A DNA stretch of 20,000 bases from Priapulus caudatus (lineage: Eukaryota). The notes below the pieces were generated by a model. The model made no database searches and had not been told where the DNA came from. It worked only from the letters and a program-made list of their open reading frames with translations. Both the position numbers and the translations under genes were made by a program. The stretch spans positions 642,816 to 662,815 of the forward strand of contig NW_014577077.1 of assembly GCF_000485595.1 (NCBI RefSeq), written 5' to 3'. Shown piece after piece: positions 19,592 to 20,000 of the stretch. Position 1 is the stretch's first letter. Each line of letters opens with the position of its first letter.

Positions 19592-20000
19592 TTCACGCGT
19601 TACAACATAGTATATAGTTTGTTTTGGATGAAAAATCCCTCCAAACCCACGTGAGCCTCCCCATACCTCGCTCGCTTCCGCTCCGCTCCCCGGCCGCTTT
19701 TGACTCCCGTCTCCTCCCGCCCCCTCCTCTCCGTTCTCATCGTGCCCCTTCTCCATTATTAAATATATAAACAAGAATATACACAAAAGTGGACCCTGCA
19801 ACAATTTAGTCCTCGCCCAATTTGCTATGCGTATTGCCTTAAAGTGTAGGGTGGGAATTTTACGCAAGCCCCAACCCTTTAAACTAATCTTATTCAGTAA
19901 AATGTTATTATCGTATAGGTAGCTGTAATTTATATTAATTCCACTCTACGTCAATAACGTTTTAGAGCATTATATCATATCTTAATAATGCATTTTTATG

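Noticed and set aside
18972..19830. Possible TIR element enclosing the CT microsatellite
   Set aside because: End similarity (TGGACGAAG versus TGGGCGAGG) is too weak and no TSD is seen.
19287..19867. SL- and RE-repeat ORFs
   Set aside because: Translations of the (CT)n microsatellite.

Overview
Eukaryotic genomic DNA, AT-rich and probably from a marine invertebrate (inferred from the repeat types). The minus strand carries the 5' part of a spliceosomal gene for TRAPPC9 (NIBP/Trs120, a TRAPPII subunit). Eight coding exons join in one continuous frame from the ATG at 14022 to the window edge at position 1, and the first coding intron requires a non-canonical GC donor. The introns and upstream region are a dense mosaic of non-autonomous DNA transposons with readable TIRs and TSDs: pogo/Tc1-like, PIF/Harbinger-like, Kolobok-like, CAGGG-ended hAT-like elements with 5-bp and 6-bp TSDs, a CAC-ended foldback and a complete Helentron/HINE-type element. 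There is also a decayed, internally deleted BEL/Pao retrotransposon, a probable solo LTR and microsatellites. I see no convincing new multi-gene system. The best leads are a candidate 27-nt frame-preserving microexon in the 7.4-kb intron, the GC-AG intron, and a 6-bp-TSD element inserted precisely into the terminus of a related element. Superfamily calls rest on terminal and TSD signatures and recalled knowledge, not on database searches.
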